Position numbers and translations under genes: made by a program
Part shown: one piece after another, positions 11,604 to 24,929 of the stretch
Layout of the letters: every line of letters starts with the position of its first letter
Numbering within the stretch: position 1 is the stretch's first letter
Notes under the pieces: model-generated
The model's input: the letters and a program-made list of their open reading frames with translations, nothing else
What the model was told of the DNA's origin: nothing
Databases searched by the model: none
Source: an uncultured Hormoscilla sp.
GTDB taxonomy: Bacteria > Cyanobacteriota > Cyanobacteriia > Cyanobacteriales > Desertifilaceae
Direction: 5' to 3'
Assembly (NCBI GenBank): GCA_963921275.4
Contig: OZ001293.3
Location: 448,001-512,000 of the forward strand
DNA length: 64,000 bases

Positions 11604-12481
11604 TAGTGCGTGTCATCAATTAAGCCATATTACAGCTGCCGCGAGGTAGATGGCACCCAAGAAATTGCGAGCCGTTTTATCGTAGCGTGTCGCCAGAGCC
11701 CTGTATTGCTTGAGTTTTTGGAATAGATTTTCAATTAGATGCCGCCACTTGTACATTTCTTCATCGTATTCTCTGTGTTCTGTGCGGTTACTTTTTGGAG
11801 GAATGACAGCCATCCAATCCGCCTCTTTCAGGCGCTCGAGCACACGTTGTTCCGCATCATAGGCTTTATCTGCAAGCAGCGCGCCAATCTCACCGATTTT
11901 ATCCAATAGCACGTCAGCGCCTTTCCCGTCGTGGGCTTGGCCAGGGGTAAGATGAAATCCTGTGGGATTGCCTTGGGCAATCGCAAGTGGCATGAATCTT
12001 TGTCGATAGTCCCCCTTTACTACGGCCTATGGCTTGGGTTTCGCACGTATCTGAGGGTGTTTTTTTTTGCACCCGCACGCTCGTTGATGGGCACGCAGGA
12101 TGGTGGCATCAATCGCGGCGTATTCGTTATCGGCGTCTGAGGCCAAGACATCGAATACCTGCTTCCAAACTCCCTTTTCAGACCAACGGGTATGGCGGGT
12201 ATGAACAACCCGAAAATCCCCAAAACACTCCGGTAAATCCCGCCAGGGAATGCCAGCACGATATCGATATAACACGGCAGAACACGAATAATCTATTGTT
12301 CTTGGCTGTAGCGCCTGGGTCACCCTCTTTACCAGGTAAAAGGTGTTCGATCCGTTCCCACTGGTCGTCTCGCAAGCCATAGCGTCTCATATCATGCCCT
12401 CTTGATTGTTATTGCTGGATAAGGACTCCATACCGTATCCATCTATTTCTGTCAAGCAATTTGATTGATGACACACCCTAG
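11604..12481 (-). mobile_element. IS5-family two-ORF IS, degenerate (copy A)
   Basis: [40 protein letters not shown]; TIRs GTGCGTGTCATCAA/TTGATGACACACCC flanked by CTAG; extra frameshifts. Confidence 0.9.
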
Positions 12482-12926
12482 GAGTACCCACCAGTTTTGG
12501 CAGGCATTATGGAATCAGGTGGACTTTCTCAAAGAAGTGATGATATCGAGCGCAGATATCGAACAGCGGGATACAGGTCTGAGCAAACCCAGGGGACAAG
12601 GTTTGGCGAACTTGGTCGATTGCATGTTGTCTGAGAGGACTGCGAATCCAGGGTAATCGCAGCTATTTTGTATAAAATGTACTTGACAAAATGTTCGAGA
12701 ATGAGGGTGAGATCGAGGAATTGGTATCCTGGCTCTGAAAGCCTTTGGCAGTGAGCGTTTGGAAACTATTTTAGTAGAAATACTTATACTAAAAACGGCC
12801 GCAAGCCCTGTAAGCATCTCAAAAATAAGCGTTTGCCCATCGGTGAGATTGAGTATAGACAATCTCACCAACTTCTTGTCAACTGATCTCGAGCAGAGTA
12901 GGGACACTTGAGTAAAGTCAAAAATT

Positions 12927-14177
12927 ATGTCAAAAGGATTTGGATATGTTAGTAAACCCCTTCCTTTCAACAAGCTAAAAAATTTAAAAAAGAGCGTACT
13001 AAAAGAGTTTGAAGCATTAGATGACCCCAGAGTTAAACGCCAAGCATTTACTGATTGATATAGTGACCCGGAGCGATACTGGCAATTTTATGTGGCGCTG
13101 ACAACATAGTGGCCATAGAGACCTATGGCAAACGCTTCCCAGAAGTGGTTAGAGACCTTTGCGCGAGTTGCCTCACGGTATCCCTTCTCACGATACTTTT
13201 TCCAGGGTCTTGGCCATGGGAGACCCGCAGCAATTGCACGAGTGTTTTTTGGCTTGGAGCAAGCATTTGAGTTCCAAACTCGATATCAATGTGATCAGTA
13301 TCGATGGTAAAACTGCACGGGGTTCTTATGACCGGGAGAAGGGATTGAAAGCCTTGCATACCGTTAGTGCCTGGGCCGCTGTGTCCCCCGGTGCTGGGTC
13401 TCCTGGGAGCGCTAAAAGCACTACCCAGGAGACCCAGGGCGCTACTCGCACTACCCGAGGGACACAGCTGTGTTAGCTCAATAAATTGTCGCAAAGAAAT
13501 CGAATGAAATTACAGCTATTCCCGAGTTGCTGCAGCTAATAGATATAACTGGAGCGATCATCACCCTAGATGCTATGGGAACACCAAGAAAAATTGCCGT
13601 CCAAATAATTGACCAAAAGGGGGAATATATTCTTGCCCTCAAGGGCAATCAAGAGAATCTCTACAAAGAAGTGTCGGCATTTTTTCAACAGGTGCAAACC
13701 TTGGCAAGGGGTTGACTATAGTTATAGTGAGACTACAGGGACATCATCGTATTGAACATCGCGTTTGTATGGGCGGTATCCATAGACAAAATACTGAATT
13801 TAACAGTCGAAATGGAAGGGTTTGGCTACGGTGGTAATGGTAAAACGGCAAGGTCAACTGTGGAATAAGCGAACCACCGAAATATGTTTCTACATCAGGA
13901 GTCTACAAGCAGATGCCACTGTTTTGGCGAAAGCGATTCGCTCTCATTGGGGGGTTGAAAATAGTCTTCATTGGGTCTTAGATGTAACGTTTAAAGAAGA
14001 CTCGACGCAGATTAGAAGCGGAAATGGTCCTCAGAATATGGGACAATGGCGGCGATTATGTATCAATTTACTCGAAGCAAGCAGCCTTCAAAACAGAGTA
14101 TTGCAATGAAATCATCATACGCTGCACTAGATAATGACTATGCGCTTAAAGTTCTCTTGGGACATGAGGCTGCATAA
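12927..14177 (+). mobile_element. ISAs1-family transposase pseudogene
   Basis: GIPSHDTF, ISIDGKT, ITLDAMG, LKGNQ, HWGVENSLHWVLDVTF split over frames. Confidence 0.9.
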
Positions 14178-14510
14178 AATCTGTGGAATTACTATTGTCA
14201 ACATAAAAAAATATCAAGTCCCAAATTATTATCAAACCTATGAGTTCACATATAACTAGAGCAATAGCTAGTTTTTCTGGCAGAATTCATCCTGTTTTCA
14301 GGCACCCATCATGTTTTGATAATGCTGAAAATTGACTCTGAAATCTGGGTATTAAAAGAGGCCTTGCAGAATTTTTTGTTTGAGTTCAAGGACTTGTACG
14401 GTTATCTGCCGGTCCCCTATGGCCAGAGTCGGGCGATCGAGGGTGAGAGTTTTTCCCAAAAAGAAGTCACCAGACCTATAATCAAGATAGTTTTCACGAG
14501 GTCTGGTGTT

Positions 14511-15385
14511 ATGGAAATTAAAAATCGTCTTGAGCTTACTCAAATTTTTGGCTAAGTGGATGATTTTTGCCAAAATGAGAGAATACTACTGGCAGCAGCA
14601 ACCGCTGTTGACTTCAATAACCGGGCTCGGTGAAAAATTATGCCGTTCAAGAATGAGTTTGAGGGAAATGATGACCATTGCAATTGCTTTTATAGGTTGC
14701 TGGCTTTAGAAATTTAGGTGAGTTTTATACTCTACAAGTAATCCCCCACTGGCGTAAGGCAATCCCTGTATCTGGTCAGTTATAATCCTTTTGTAGATGC
14801 CTTAGTCATTAATGTTGTTGTGTTGTTTTTGACAGACTATAAGGGGTCAAATTACCGGTATTAGTTTCGTTGATTCGACTCCAATTGAAGTCTGTCATCC
14901 CTGCCATTCCAAATCTCATAAGGTATTTGAGGGTTTAGTTGGTTGGGAAAAAAATTCTCTGGGCGATATCACTTGACAGCCATGAGATCCTATGGTATCA
15001 TGGCTGTCAAGTGATATCGGGATGGCACTAAGGAAACAAAGCTGCATCTAATTATTAATGATCAAGGAGAACTGCTTGCATTTAAGCTCACACGGGCGCA
15101 ATGTTGACGAGCGCAAACTGGTGCCTGACTTAACCAAAGATATAATCGGTAAACTATTTGGAGAGCGTGGATATATTTCCCAAGAGTTATTTGAGAAATT
15201 ATAGGAGGGAGGTTTAGCAACTGTAAACCAGTCCGTGTCTCCTATGCATGTGCGATCGCCCAGGCCCACGTGCAGGGCATGTAGCGCGCTGCCGAAACGT
15301 GGGTAGTGCTCAACCGCGCTCCCACGTTTCGGCAGCACCAGGAGACACCGAAGCAAGAAAAATATGAAACAGAAATTAATTAAGT
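14511..15385 (+). mobile_element. IS982-family transposase pseudogene, cut by IS5 copy B
   Basis: SLREMMTIAIAF, ISFVDSTP, KLHLIINDQGELL, KLFGERGYIS in broken frames. Confidence 0.8.
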
Positions 15386-16285
15386 TAGGGCGTGTCATCA
15401 GTTAAGCCAAACAACAGTAGCAGCCAGGTAGATAGCACCCAAGAAATTCTGAGCCCTCTTATCGTAACGGGTGGCAATGGCTCGATATTGCTTGAGTTTG
15501 GCAAAAAAATTCTCAATCAAATGACGTGCTTTGTATAGATATTTGTCATAACGGCGTTGTTCTTTTCGATTGGATTTAGGCGGAATCACAGGTTCGCATT
15601 GCTGGGCTTCAAGACGTTTCAAAACCCGTTCGTCAGCATCAGAAGCTTTGTCTGCGAGTAACGCATCAGCCTTAATATTATCAAGTAACACATCAGCCCC
15701 TTCCAAATCGTGAGCTTGACCGGCTGTTAAATGAAAACCCGTTGGGTTCCCCAATGCGTCACAGGTCGCGTGAATTTTGGTACTCAAACCCCCTTTACGG
15801 CGTCCGATGGCTTGGTCGCAATCTTTTTTTTGAGCACCTGCACTATGTTGATGAGCCCTTTATATCGTGGCATCAATCATCGCATATTCGTTATCGGCAT
15901 CGGACGCAAGTACCTTGAATACTCTTTCCCATACCCCGGATTTTGACCACCTACTATGGCGCGTATGAATTACCCTCAAGTCCCCAAATCGCTCGGGTAA
16001 GTCCCGCCAAGGTATCCCAGCTCTATATCGATACAAGACAGCATAGACAAATAAGCGGTTATCCTTAGCTGTCCCCCCCACATAACCCTCCCGACCTGGC
16101 AATAGGTCCCTGATTCTCTCCCACTGGTCATCTCTTAAAGCATAGCGACGCATTTCTCAAATTCTCCTGCTCTAACCTTTACCCTCTTAGATCACACCAA
16201 TATATCCTGGTTGTCAACTCAATCATCTTGTTATATATTTTTGGTGGGAACCCATATCGTTAATCTAACTGATGACACGCCCTAG
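15386..16285 (-). mobile_element. IS5-family two-ORF IS (copy B), stop in ORF1
   Basis: MRRYALRDDQW..., STKIHATCDALGNP; TIR GGGCGTGTCATCAGTTA/TAACTGATGACACGCCC with TAG on both sides. Confidence 0.92.
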
Positions 16286-16289
16286 AGTT

Positions 16290-17711
16290 ATGTACGAAAA
16301 AATTACTCCTCCCGATACGGGTGCAAAAATTACCTTCCAAGATGGTCAACCGATCGTCCCTGACAACCCGATCGTGCCTTTCATTCGCGGCGACGGCACG
16401 GGGGTGGACCTGTGGCCTGCTTCCCAGAAGGTGTTTGATGCTGCTGTTCGAGCTGCCTACGGCGGTAAGCGCCAGATTACCTGGTTTAAGATCTATGCTG
16501 GGGACGAAGCTTGCGACAAGTACGGCCAGTTTCAATATTTGCCCCAAGATACTCTTAATGCGATCGCCGAATATGGGATTGCCATCAAGGGCCCCCTGAC
16601 AACCCCGATCGGGGGCGGTATCCGTTCCCTGAACGTAGCATTGCGTCAAATTAACGACCTCTACGCCTGCGTCCGTCCTTGTCGCTACTACCCGGGCACC
16701 CCCTCTCCTCACAAAACTCCGGAGAAACTGGACGTGATTGTCTATCGGGAAAACACCGAAGATATTTACCTGGGGATAGAATGGCGTCAGGGTACGGAAA
16801 TGGCTGATAAGTTGATTAAACTACTCAACAGCGAACTGATACCCGCTACTCCCGAACATGGAAAAAAGCAGATCCGCCTTGACTCTGGAATTGGTATCAA
16901 ACCCATTAGTAAAACGGGAAGTCAACGTCTGGTGCGCCGCGCCATCCAGAATGCTTTGCGACTGCCCAAATCCAAGCAAATGGTGACCTTGGTGCATAAA
17001 GGCAACATCATGAAGTATACTGAAGGGGCATTCCGGGACTGGGGTTACGAACTGGCGACGACGGAATTTCGGGTCTCATGCGTTACGGAACGGGAATCTT
17101 GGATTCTCGGTAATAAAGAAGATAACCCAAATATTACTCTGGAGGAAAATGCCCGTAAGGTGGAACCGGGATACAATGCCCTGACTCCAGAAAAACAGGC
17201 CGAAGCGCGATCGGAAGTGGAAAGCGTTCTCGATCAAATCTGGGATACCCACGGGAATGGCAAGTGGAAGGATAAGATCATGGTGAACGATCGCATTGCG
17301 GACAGTATCTTCCAGCAGATCCAGACGCGCCCGGGAGAATATTCCATCCTGGCGACCATGAACCTGAATGGAGATTATCTCTCGGATGCGGGGGCGGCCA
17401 TTGTCGGGGGTTTGGGCATGGGACCGGGGGCTAATATTGGCGATCAATGCGCTATTTTTGAGGCTACCCACGGCACGGCCCCCAAACATGCTGGTTTGGA
17501 TCGAGTTAACCCTGGTTCTCTGATTCTCTCGGGGGTGATGATGCTAGAATTTATGGGTTGGCAGGAAGCCGCCGATCTGATCGAAGAAGGCATCGGTAAG
17601 GCCATCTCTAATGGTGAGGTAACCTATGACTTGGCGCGGTTAATGGAACCCCCTGTGGAACCTCTGAAATGTTCTGAGTTTGCTGACGCGAGTATTAAAT
17701 ACTTCAAGTAG
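16290..17711 (+). CDS. icd: NADP-dependent isocitrate dehydrogenase
   Basis: [45 protein letters not shown] 16290 (MYEKITPP). Confidence 0.97.
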   Translation: MYEKITPPDTGAKITFQDGQPIVPDNPIVPFIRGDGTGVDLWPASQKVFDAAVRAAYGGKRQITWFKIYAGDEACDKYGQFQYLPQDTLNAIAEYGIAIKGPLTTPIGGGIRSLNVALRQINDLYACVRPCRYYPGTPSPHKTPEKLDVIVYRENTEDIYLGIEWRQGTEMADKLIKLLNSELIPATPEHGKKQIRLDSGIGIKPISKTGSQRLVRRAIQNALRLPKSKQMVTLVHKGNIMKYTEGAFRDWGYELATTEFRVSCVTERESWILGNKEDNPNITLEENARKVEPGYNALTPEKQAEARSEVESVLDQIWDTHGNGKWKDKIMVNDRIADSIFQQIQTRPGEYSILATMNLNGDYLSDAGAAIVGGLGMGPGANIGDQCAIFEATHGTAPKHAGLDRVNPGSLILSGVMMLEFMGWQEAADLIEEGIGKAISNGEVTYDLARLMEPPVEPLKCSEFADASIKYFK

Positions 17712-17720
17712 AAGTAAACA

Positions 17721-17741
17721 GTAGGGTGGGCACCGCCCACC
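17721..17741. repeat. GTAG-type REP hairpin GTAGGGTGGGCACCGCCCACC
   Basis: Related copies at ~45435 and ~56256. Confidence 0.7.
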
Positions 17742-17779
17742 TCGTCAGCAGCGCTGAGTACAAAAAGGACGGAAATGAA

Positions 17780-18058
17780 ATGGCAGAAGAGATAACATTG
17801 CTCCAAGTGAGAATACCGAAAGAGCTACAGGTCAGAAGTGAGGCGATCGCAGCTAGGGATGGTAAATCTATTCAAGAGTGGGTAACCGAAGCCATTAAAA
17901 TGAGGCTGCTATATTCAGAAAGCCAGGAAACAGAAATCTTAACTTCTGTAGAGAAAGCAGTAGTTTTTACTAACTGGGTAGAAAGCCACAGTCATAGTAC
18001 ACCGCTTCTAGACGATGCGGCGGTGAGTCGGGAGAGTATATACTTGGAGCGGGGCTGA
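17780..18058 (+). CDS. RHH-like antitoxin
   Basis: LQVRIPKEL...; SRESIY C-terminal motif; stop overlaps PIN gene start. Confidence 0.7.
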   Translation: MAEEITLLQVRIPKELQVRSEAIAARDGKSIQEWVTEAIKMRLLYSESQETEILTSVEKAVVFTNWVESHSHSTPLLDDAAVSRESIYLERG

Positions 18059-18501
18059 TGGCGTTTCTTATCGATACGAACGTTTTGCTCAGGAATGTTC
18101 AACCTCATCACCCAATGCACTCTTCTGGGGTCAGTGCAATTAGGATTTTATTGGCAAGGGATGAGGATCTTTGTATTGTGCCGCAAAACATAATTGAATT
18201 TTGGAATGTCTGTACTCGTCCTGTAGAGAGTAATGGCTTAGGGATGACCGCAGCACAAGCAGAGGCGGAAGTAAGAGAAATTGAGCGCATTTTTTCTATG
18301 CGGCTCGATCGGGCCCAGATGTATCAAGAGTGGCGAAGGCTTGTTGCTAATTATGCGGTCAAAGGAGTTAAGGTCCATGATGCTAAGTTGGTAGCCTCCA
18401 TGCTGGTTCATGGTTTGACTCACATCCTTACCTTCAATTTCAGAGATTTTGCTCGTTACTCAGAGGTTACCGCTGTGCATCCAGATGATGTGCAAGACTG
18501 A
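18058..18501 (+). CDS. PIN-domain (VapC-like) toxin, intact
   Basis: LIDTNVLL, EFW, VHDAKLVA, LTFNFRDF. Confidence 0.9.
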   Translation: MAFLIDTNVLLRNVQPHHPMHSSGVSAIRILLARDEDLCIVPQNIIEFWNVCTRPVESNGLGMTAAQAEAEVREIERIFSMRLDRAQMYQEWRRLVANYAVKGVKVHDAKLVASMLVHGLTHILTFNFRDFARYSEVTAVHPDDVQD

Positions 18502-18707
18502 GGAACAAGGGAATTATGGTTGTGCGGGATATCGACCGATCGCCCTTTGAGTTGCCCCTATTGACTGGGGGCGATCGCCATGACGTTTTTCCAGTCTCAC
18601 GGGATAGGCGATCGCTTGTTTATTGGGCGACTATGATTCTACCGAGAAGTATTGAAGGGGGGGTACGACTCACGTCAAAAATTAACCTTCTTAAATCTCT
18701 TATCCAA

Positions 18708-21235
18708 CTATTCCTCAAATTCTTGAGTCTTAAATTTTAGGGTTCGGCAATTCTCTGTGACTGTACGGACTATTTCATCGGGAAATCCTACCGTTCCGGA
18801 AAAATCGGGAATTTCTGCTTCGATTTCTAAGGTGACTTTTACGTTTGATCCATTCAGAGATGTTAGATGCTGGATGACTTCATTGGCGATCGCCGGGGAT
18901 GCAACGCCCTCTTTGATGGCTGCAAGTAGGACGTTTTGATTTTTTAAGCGGGGTAAGTAGGGGTATTGGGTGAGACATTCCCAGAGGCGTAAGAGTGAAA
19001 TGTGGTTACTATCGGACCACAGAAAACTGTCCAGGGCTTCCATCCGTAAGATGCTGGCGGCGCATTCGTCCAGCAGATCCCCTTCGTGGACTGCCTTTTT
19101 ACTCGAGCGATCGATCGGGGAGTCCTGTCCTTTTGGGAGTCGGGTTTCCTTCCATTCTATCGGCCCCTGGGGGTCTGGCTAGTTGGGCACCAGAAGCCAC
19201 TGATAAGTCTCCCGTCCGATATGATCGACATCCTGGGAAGATTGCTGGCGCTTGGTAGTTGCTTGTTTTTCCTGAAAAACATCCAGGTTGAGCACTTCCT
19301 TATCATTAACTATGGAGTTCCAAGCGAGGTATTGAGCGACATTTCGCTCTAGGTTCTCGATTTTGCTGTTGTCTGGTGCCAAAAATAATAGGGTGTTTTT
19401 GTGATAACGCTGACCGCTACCTTTGCGGTTCAAGACATTCTCTACCCATTGGCGGGCTGGGCTATCATTGCTATTGCTTATGTGGGGATACTGTGGATTA
19501 ATTACTACAAGTCGCACTCCTCTGGGGTCATCGAGAATATCGGCACTCTCCTTTGGTGCGATGTGGACTGCACAGAATTCTCCCTTTGATTTATCTTTTC
19601 TCAGGCGATCGCTAATTTCTTTCTTAATGCGTTCCTTCTCATCCAGGAACTGATGGGCCCGTTCTTGAGCTGTGCGGTTAACATTCGGTTGGGTGGAAAC
19701 CCAGTAGCGGTTACCATCAAGGTAAAGGTATGTTGCCCGATCGGTCAATCTTCGCAGGGCATCTCCGAAGATAGCAGCATTTTCCCCTGGTTGAACGCAA
19801 CCCAGCTTGATTTGATTGTCTTCTAGTCCACGGTTGGCCCCACGCAGTGTGGGGGCTGAACCCATATAAATGGTGCGGGCCACCCGGCGACAGGCGGAGT
19901 AACGACCCAGGTTGGGATTTTCCGAGTCCATCTCCAGGGGTAAAGAGTTGGGACCATCCACATCTTTTTCGATGATGGGAGTCCAGTTATCTTCTAAGTA
20001 GCGGGTTAGTTCCGACTGGACTCGCGGATCGTCCATGGCCATATCTGCTGGCACGATCGCCAGACTTGTGTTATCTCGTTCCCACAGATTATGAATCACT
20101 CTGGCCATTAGTCGCAACACCCCACGGGTGCGCTGGAATTTCTCTAAGCTGGACCAGTCCGAGTAGAGGCGATCGAACAGTTCGGGGTGAATGGGATAAG
20201 CATCTTTCATTCGCTGTTCGTATTTCCTTTCCTTGCATTTAATGGGAAACTCTTGGCTTTGAGTACGGTACATCTCGGAGAACGCCCGGACCACCGCATC
20301 CCGGTGGACTAACTTCTCGGGGTCCGTAGTCTGAAGAAATAGTCGCCGTCGCACAATTTCAAAACTCTCTTCTGCACTCGCAGGTTGCCAGGGAGACTCC
20401 ACTCGCCCGATCGCATTTTTCAACCGTTCCGTAGCTTCATGTCCTTTTTCGCCACCTTTCTCAATATCGGAGGACGGAATGCTAACCACTAGCAAAGTAT
20501 TCCGGGCATTTTTAGCTGACTCGCTTAGGGTTTGGGCAAAGGTAAACTGGGTGTCAAAACTGCCGGATGCCATATTGCTTTGTTCGTTTAACTGTCGGGC
20601 GTAGGAGACCCATTCATCTATTAAAATCAGACAGGGAGAAAAGCGATTAAACAGTACCCTCAGGGCATCACCGGGGTTAGTTGAGGTTTCGTCGGCCTTG
20701 CGAACTAACTGGTAACCTTCCGCCCCACCGAGTTGCCACGCTAGTTCCCCCCAAGGGTTTTGTAGGGAGTGATGCCGCTGGGTGGGAGTTTATTACCCAC
20801 CAGAACCGCGATGTTGATGTTTTGAAGCGGTTCTTTTAACTGGGTTGTTTGAAAGATCTGTTCTGTACCCGGAAGATCAGAGATTAGTCGGGCCTGACAG
20901 AGGTGATAGAGGGCCAGCATGGCGTGAGTTTTCCCACCGCCGAAGTTGGTTTGCAGTTCAATCACTGGGTCGCCGCCCTTACCACTCAACCGGAGTAGGG
21001 CATTACTCAAAAGTTGTTTCAACCCTTCCGTGAGATAGGTGCGACGGTAAAACTCACCTGCGTCCCGGTATTCATCGGAACCTTCATCCAGATAAACCTG
21101 CCAGAGGTCGGCGGCAAATTCTGCCTGCTGGAAGCGACCGGAGGCAACATCGGGGTGAGGTGTGGCAATTTCCCGCCAGGGTTTGAGTCCAGCAAGGGGT
21201 TGTCCTTCCGTGGGTTCGTGGTTGCTTATTGTCAT
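18708..21235 (-). pseudogene. DUF499 AAA ATPase, fragmented
   Basis: LKPWREIATPHPDV, FAADL, TNFGGGKTH, YPIHPE, FQRTRGVLRL; frameshifts, stops, internal deletion. Confidence 0.88.
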
Positions 21236-21273
21236 AGGTTCCTCCTTCTGTTTGGGTAGTCAAAATAGTTTTA

Positions 21274-21301
21274 CTCGTTCCCAGGCTCCGCCTGGGAACG
21301 A
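21274..21301. repeat. REP-like hairpin CTCGTTCCCAGGCTCCGCCTGGGAACGA
   Basis: Related copies at ~60398-60445 and ~63092-63119. Confidence 0.7.
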
Positions 21302-21442
21302 ACACCGGAGGCTCTGCCTTCAAGGGGGTGCAACACGGTTTGCCCGCAAGTCCAGCGGTGGGCGTCACAACAGCCTGAGTCTTAGTTCTGGGGAGGGTAC
21401 TTTGACCTCAACCGGCACCCAACTGCAAACCTGTGCCCTACT

Positions 21443-21674
21443 GTTGAGGTTTTGGACCTCTCAGTTGGGGGGTTTAAAACCTCTCGGTTGAAGTTTTGAA
21501 CCTCTCGGTTGAGGTTTTAAACCTCTCGGTTGAGGTTTTGGACCTCTTAGTTGGGGTTTTGGACCTCTCGGTTGGGGTTTTGGACCTCTCAATTGAGGTT
21601 TAAAACCTTTCACTTGGGGTTTTGGACCTCTCGATCTGGGTTTTGGACCTCTCGGTTGGGGTTTAAAACCTCTC
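21443..21674. repeat. 21-nt tandem array (~11 units, GGTTGAGGTTTTGGACCTCTC)
   Basis: Period-21 repeat read directly from the sequence. Confidence 0.92.
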
Positions 21675-21771
21675 AAGAAGCCAGCATGTCTCTATATGTT
21701 CCTCCTTCTAACCGAGAAGCCTCTCACCAGACCCGATCGGACTATTGTTGAAATTGGGTTAATAACCAATT

Positions 21772-22383
21772 TCAAACTTGAATTTGATTCATCTTCCGAC
21801 TCATGCGAAAGGCTTCATTTAGCAAAGAAATTTCTAATCCGGGCAATACTCTTGACTCTCGAATTTTCTCGCTACTGCCATCTGCGATAGCAAAAGCAAT
21901 AACTTGTACATTGACCACGTCAACGATCCAGTATTCAGCGACTTGAAGTTCTTCATAGAGTTGGCGCTTTCTGCCTTTATCGTCAACAATTGAGGTGTTA
22001 GCGACTTCTATGGCTAAAGTCGGCGGTGGATATCTATCTAAATCAATAATAGAGGTTCCCCAAGGCACGACATCGGCGTTTTCGCCTGTATAACATGATA
22101 CATCAGGTTGAGCTTTTTTAACCCCTGTTTTGCGGTACGTGCAGTTATCTTTGACAGTGAGAGTCATGCTTTTAGTTGTGGCGAAGAAGCAGATCGCAAC
22201 AGTAATAAATGAATGGTCATTGGCGTGGTCATTACCTACTGGTGACATTTCAATTCTCAGTTCTCCGTTGTGATAGTAACCTTTTTCTTTTCTCTCGGTC
22301 TCATTTTCAAGGGCTTGGATGTACGAGTCCCAAGTAGCTTTAACCCAGGTCTCGGTCGGTATTTTGGTCTTTAATTTACTCAT
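21772..22383 (-). CDS. Uma2-family endonuclease
   Basis: EMSPVGNDH, QPDVS, PTLAIEVA, EYWIVD. Confidence 0.85.
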   Translation of the reverse strand: MSKLKTKIPTETWVKATWDSYIQALENETERKEKGYYHNGELRIEMSPVGNDHANDHSFITVAICFFATTKSMTLTVKDNCTYRKTGVKKAQPDVSCYTGENADVVPWGTSIIDLDRYPPPTLAIEVANTSIVDDKGRKRQLYEELQVAEYWIVDVVNVQVIAFAIADGSSEKIRESRVLPGLEISLLNEAFRMSRKMNQIQV

Positions 22384-22504
22384 GACTCGCTTCTATTAAA
22401 AAACAGTTTTTAGTCAATCCTATCGCGCAGTTACCGATAGCGCAGTGGTTCATATCCTAAATATTTTTCCTATGCTATATGTCCCTCCTTCTGTTTGGGT
22501 AGGC

Positions 22505-24919
22505 TTAAAACAGGCTGCCTTGAACGGGCTGAGATTGAAACTCTCTTGCCAAGCGGCTGATTTCTGGCCAGGAAATCACCAGACTATTATACTGAATGGC
22601 CTCTTGCCCCCAGCCTTTTCTGTCGCACAGGTTGTAAAGGCGATAGGCTAAGTCTCGGGCTATTTCGCCCCGGTCCCAGATTGCTTCGTTCCTCGCAACG
22701 CTGCGCGGTTTGGCCAGGAGTTCCGCAGCACCCTGTTCGCCCTTTTTATCCAGTTCGCGGATCAGGTATTGGGTTATTCCCCAGTCCGGCACATTGTCTT
22801 TAGGAACCCAGTCTGCAAGGAGTTCTTCTCGCTTCAGCAAACGCACTTTGCCGCTTACCGCTTCTAGCATGCCTGCTTCTACCATACCTTGAATGCTGGT
22901 ATTTTTCGCTTTGGATAAAGTTTCCGCTTCTCCATAGGACGCTGCCTTGTATTAATATTGCTCAAACCAGGTGAGGGCCCAGCGGGTATCGCTATCAAAT
23001 TCTTCTTCCTGTTCGCTGAGGAATTCGTCGAGAATTTGGTTGATCAGTTGTAAGGCCGTGCGGACCCCCATCCGGGAACCGTCGTTTTCCAGGACGGTGG
23101 CATATTTGGAGAAAACCTTCATCCCCGGTCCGATGCTAGCTTGGGCGAGGTCCACGGGGGCGATGTTGCCCTGTTGCAGGGTTTTGAGGGCTTTGGGAAG
23201 CGATCGTTTTAGTTGGCTGAGGAATTGGCGGCGGGTAGTTTTGGGCGCGTTTTCCGGGCGCGGGCGACAGACGAGGACAATGGATGATGCGAGGGCATTG
23301 GAAGATTGAGCACGCATTCGGCCACTCCTTTCTGTTCGCAGTGGCCAGGTGCCATCAATGCTAAAGTTTGTCTGCATTAACGCTTCGAGAATCGTTTTCC
23401 AACCTGTCGAAGCAACTTCCCCATTACTATCTGTTTCAGTTTGTTTGAGAGCATAATAAACTGTGACTGGATAATGGTGGTGGTTGGTTTTGTTAAGGCG
23501 ATTAAAAACTTTAATCAGGCTAGATTCAAAAAACTCTTTTGCCTTTTGGTGGCTGCCATGTCTGAACTTATCGGCAACCATTTCCCGTTCTTTGGGTACT
23601 AATAGGGTGCTGAATATGTCTAGATAAATATTGCCGATTGATTTGCGCAGCCACACATAGAAAAAATCTGATATATCAGCATAGGGTACCGCATCGTAAT
23701 ATGGAGGATCTGTCGAAATTAGTTTGGCTGTAGAGTCATCTTTATGGTTGGATGTCGCTTCATGTTGAGTAACTTTGGCTTTGGTGTTAGGAAAATTATT
23801 TTCAAGAACTTTTGTAATCCACTCAATGGCACCATTAAAGCTTCCTGTAGAATCACTGAATGGATTTGCTTCTGCAAAGTCCCAAACCATTGGTATTGCT
23901 TGTCTTACAAATGTATGGCCAATTTTATCCGCAGTGATCTGCCAAGAGCAAATTGTTTAATTTCTATCTGCTAGTCGGTCTATGGAGAATCCCAAATAAG
24001 TGGCGATCGCCTCACCATAAGCCTTATTACCCGCTGCATCTTGGGTCGCCCTCTCCTTTGCTTCACTCACCAAGTCACTGAATGTCGTTAAGGCAATCAA
24101 TTGGCGATCGGTGAATAGATCGCTAAATTTTGTCATGCCATAGCGAGGAACTGCCATGTATTGAGAATGTGTAGACAATTCTGTTTCGGGTTTCCATTCT
24201 GGTTGGGCAGAAAACGCAATCTTTTCCTGTGCGTCCGTCGGTGATAAATAAATTCTGCCTGGATTTCCTTCAGCAACGATCGCCATCAACTGCTGACCCA
24301 TGCGCCCTGCCCTTTCCTCACTGCGAACATGTTCCAAGGGCACAGGCGTACCACAAGCAATACACCGCGCACCCTTTCGTCCCACCGTCCTTTCCGGTGC
24401 TTTCCCCTTTTCGGTTTTCACCTCAAACCTAATTTTGAGATCATTTGTTTTTTCTTCCTTCTCCACCATTGGATCAACCCAAGCCTCTTTCTTCGTCGAA
24501 AGCGAAAAACTCTTCACCAAGGGCATCTGACACCCACAGGCCGGGTTCGGACATTTCACTGTCCGGGCCCATATCCAGGCAATAACTGTCTTTCCCTCTA
24601 CTTGCGGGTACAAATGTTCAATGCGCTTAAATGCTTTATCCCGCATCCACTGGCCATAATATCGGACATCAGCAGCCAACCCCTGGGTACCTTTCCAAGA
24701 CTCCAATTCTTTCCGCTTCTGGTCTTCGGGGTTTACAGGAGGACGATCCTTAAACTTAGGCGGAATTTCAATCAGGGCCTTATTGATCGACACCGCCACT
24801 GGATTGAGATCGCTAGCATGGGCCTCCAATCCCAACCGTTGGGCCTCCAATGGGATAGTACCGCCTCCAGCAAAGGGGTCATAGGCAGGTGGGGCATACT
24901 TAGCAATGTATTCTCGCAC
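22505..24919 (-). pseudogene. DUF1156-type adenine DNA methyltransferase, fragmented
   Basis: DPFAGGGTIPLEA, WARTVKCPNPAC, TDPPYYD, SSNALASS; stops and N-terminal deletion. Confidence 0.88.
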
Positions 24920-24929
24920 TGCATCCGGG

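Noticed and set aside
12482..12656. Possible transposase C-terminal fragment next to IS5 copy A
   Set aside because: No catalytic motif or partner end seen.
21443..21674. 21-nt arrays as CRISPR
   Set aside because: Head-to-tail units without unique spacers, and no cas genes.
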